DNA of 63,928 nt, counting the filler, from Reclinomonas americana ATCC 50394 (Eukaryota), in assembly GCA_048213135.1 (NCBI GenBank). It is 6 parts of 4 records of this genome, joined end to end, with 100 filler letters (N's around TTAATTAATTAA, not from the genome) between each part and the next. Parts side by side here need not be neighbours in the genome. Positions count along the whole stretch, not along the records: positions 58,314 to 62,817 come from PS015053.1; positions 62,918 to 63,928 come from PS015066.1; 4 more parts are not named here. The stretch is one strand, 5' to 3'. Shown in pieces: positions 61,799 to 63,928 of this stretch. The first letter of the stretch is position 1; each line of letters begins with the position of its first letter. The notes below the pieces were generated by a model that was given only the letters and a program-made list of their open reading frames with translations, made no database searches and was not told where the DNA came from. The position numbers were made by a program, and so were the translations under genes.

Positions 61799-62491
61799 GG
61801 AGGAGACTGCCTGTGCCGCCGCATTAAACAGAAGAATGTGACACGAGGGAATGTGTGGAGACTCCTGCATTTGCGCCCGACACCATCTCTGCGGATGTGA
61901 CTGGCATGCAGTCTCGATGGAATCTCATTGTGTCTGTGTGCGTCTCATCCTCGCTGTCCGACGGGGTTGGTGCTCGTTGTGTCTGTGGATACTCCTGCAC
62001 CTGCACACCTCAGCGGGTGCGGTTAGAATGCAGTCTCTAGGACAATCAGGGTTGTGATCGTGACCTTGTGCATGGTGTCGACGTCTGTCTGCGGCTCTTC
62101 CTCGGTGTCCATCGAGGTTGAATGCTGCCCTGCTGCAGCTGTTCATGTGCACAGTTGTAATCGGTGTGGAGTTGTTGTCCACCATCACCCCAGCACCCAG
62201 CTTCTACTGATCCACGTTCTACATCTCTTTGTGAGAGAGAGATTCAAAACAATGAGACATGCGTAGCTGGTCATGGAGAACAATCGCAGCTGACGATGCA
62301 CCCAACGTTGCCCAGTTCACCGCTCCCTCTCTCCTTCCTCCTCCTCCTCCTCCTCCGCGCTTCACATCACGACTTGTCACCTTTTCATCTTGCTGTTCGA
62401 ATCAATGAATCTTCATTCTCTCTCATACTCTTCGTTTCTTGCATCACGCAGTGCGCGCGTGTGTGCGAAACAACAACCAAGACACACATAA

Positions 62492-62532
62492 ATGGCCGCT
62501 CGACGTCCTCCTCCTCCACCGCGCCCTCACTC

Positions 62533-62591
<59 letters not shown>

Positions 62592-62817
62592 CTCCTTCGC
62601 TGCCAATGTCTGCCTCTTCTCCGTGCGACGACGAGAAAGCAGACATGATGCTCATCGACAGCAAGCAGCATGTGACGACGACGATGACGATGATGCATTC
62701 CTCCTCTCCCTCCGTCAACAGCAGCGATGATGATGATGAGATGAAGATGAAGAGTGCATTGGGGTCGGCTGCTCATCGTGGTGTGCCTGCGATGGCGAGG
62801 CGACGAGTGCCTGTCTC
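62492..62817 (+). CDS. Probable first exon of a low-complexity (polyP/polyT) hypothetical protein, truncated
   Basis: ATG at 62492 with frame open to the scaffold end; includes an (ACA)n tract. Confidence 0.3.
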
Positions 62818-62861
62818 NNNNNNNNNNNNNNNNNNNNNNNNNNNNNNNNNNNNNNNNNNNN

Positions 62862-62873
62862 TTAATTAATTAA
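62862..62873. other. Artificial scaffold linker
   Basis: TTAATTAATTAA flanked by N runs. Confidence 0.97.
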
Positions 62874-62937
62874 NNNNNNNNNNNNNNNNNNNNNNNNNNN
62901 NNNNNNNNNNNNNNNNNGTCGTCGATTGAAAGAAAAA

Positions 62938-63032
62938 CACTTCATTCACCACATTCCAATAATGCGACAAATGTCCACAAATCCCTTGCCGACGATGACC
63001 ATTGGCACACCAACAGTAATCAACACAGATAA
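62938..63032. repeat. Dispersed ~95-bp repeat, copy 2
   Basis: Near-identical to 28948-29040, same orientation. Confidence 0.85.
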
Positions 63033-63033
63033 A

Positions 63034-63928
63034 TCATCTCCAACAGACATCTTCCCTTTCAGGAGACGAATTCGTAATGACCGACGGTGTGGGCAGTCTC
63101 GTGGTCACGTTAAAGGCACAGTTGTTGAAGGGGAAAATGCCGCCAAGCCGGTCTTCGTCATGCTGGAAAAGATGCAGAAGTCTCTCGGCGTCACCAAAGG
63201 CCCAGCCGGCACGCTCTCGGATGCGTCCAAGCATCGACATGTACGACTTTCGCTCAGAACCAGGCATGTGCGCTGTCTGCCTCTCGATGAGGTAGGCCAC
63301 GCGCTCCAGCATCTCGGAGGCCGGGGGGATCGCCAGGTCAGCACCGGCATCCGCTGCCTCGTCATTCGGCTTGTAGGCCCGGAGTGCGACCAGAATGCGC
63401 ACACTTTCGAGGAGGGACAGGTACGAGTCCACTGTTGGGTCATAATTCGGCCACTGTGCACGCCACTCGAGCAGGCGCTCGAGAAGCCGCGGGTTGAGCC
63501 GAATATTAATGCCAGCTGCCAACAGCGCCGATTCAGCCGCCTGTGGATCTTCGGGCAGCGGAGTCTCATTCAACACCTTCAGCACTTTGGTCAATCTACG
63601 CACACACAATGCCACATCGCACGCGAGAGTGCATTGTCAGCAGTCAACCATGTATGCACACTGCTTTGGGTTCAACCACACCTCACGACTGGAACGCTGA
63701 GAATGTGTCGGTCGATAAATGCCTGCTGACCAGCAGTGGAGTTATCCACAGCGAGCTCTTCAATGCTCTTGACTGTGCGCGCACGAGCGCCGTCACGCGC
63801 AGCGGCAGCCATTTGACACGCACTCTCTCTGCGTAGAAAGCACAACAGAATGAGACAATTAATTGCGCGAGTTTCGTCCCCCAATATTTTGCGAGTCAAT
63901 GACTTCGCCGTTGCGTAAACGCTGCTTC
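63034..63928 (-). CDS. 3' exons of a hypothetical helical protein
   Basis: Terminal exon (acceptor near 63596) RLTKVLKVLNETPLP...EDVCWR-stop; upstream exon at about 63683-63828. Confidence 0.6.

Noticed and set aside
61824-62275. Possible small minus-strand gene
   Set aside because: Only a low-complexity acidic frame with one plausible intron; no supportable start or homology
22920-62873. Five identical TTAATTAATTAA palindromes as biological sites
   Set aside because: Each is centred in symmetric N padding and gives stops in all six frames, so it is a concatenation linker. Gene neighbourhood across these points is meaningless.

Overview
Intron-rich eukaryotic nuclear DNA from a flagellated protist (it carries a CFAP221/PCDP1 homologue and a CATIP-type D/D domain). 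The window is not one locus. It is six draft scaffolds joined by artificial N..TTAATTAATTAA..N linkers (22920, 45052, 50716, 58258, 62862), with many N gaps and TACG-type pyrosequencing noise. Genes reconstructed by hand-splicing: two intronless WD40 propellers, ATG18/WIPI, nocturnin-like EEP phosphatase, D/D-domain guanylate kinase, a WD40 protein with a putative signal peptide and C-terminal HDEL, type I asparaginase, a large REase-like + protein kinase gene, ADP-ribosylglycohydrolase, omega-like GST, a MED1-like gene, CFAP221, a giant repeat protein with an inserted CHRD pair, and an MFS transporter. The two most striking signals are: (1) at least 22 introns use a GTTGCG(T) donor, which is the GTGCGT donor shifted by one base, and none has G at -1; (2) four genes are split across opposite strands at gap-bounded contigs and rejoin when the contig is flipped, probably from misorientation during assembly. 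Family assignments rest on recalled motifs, not database searches.
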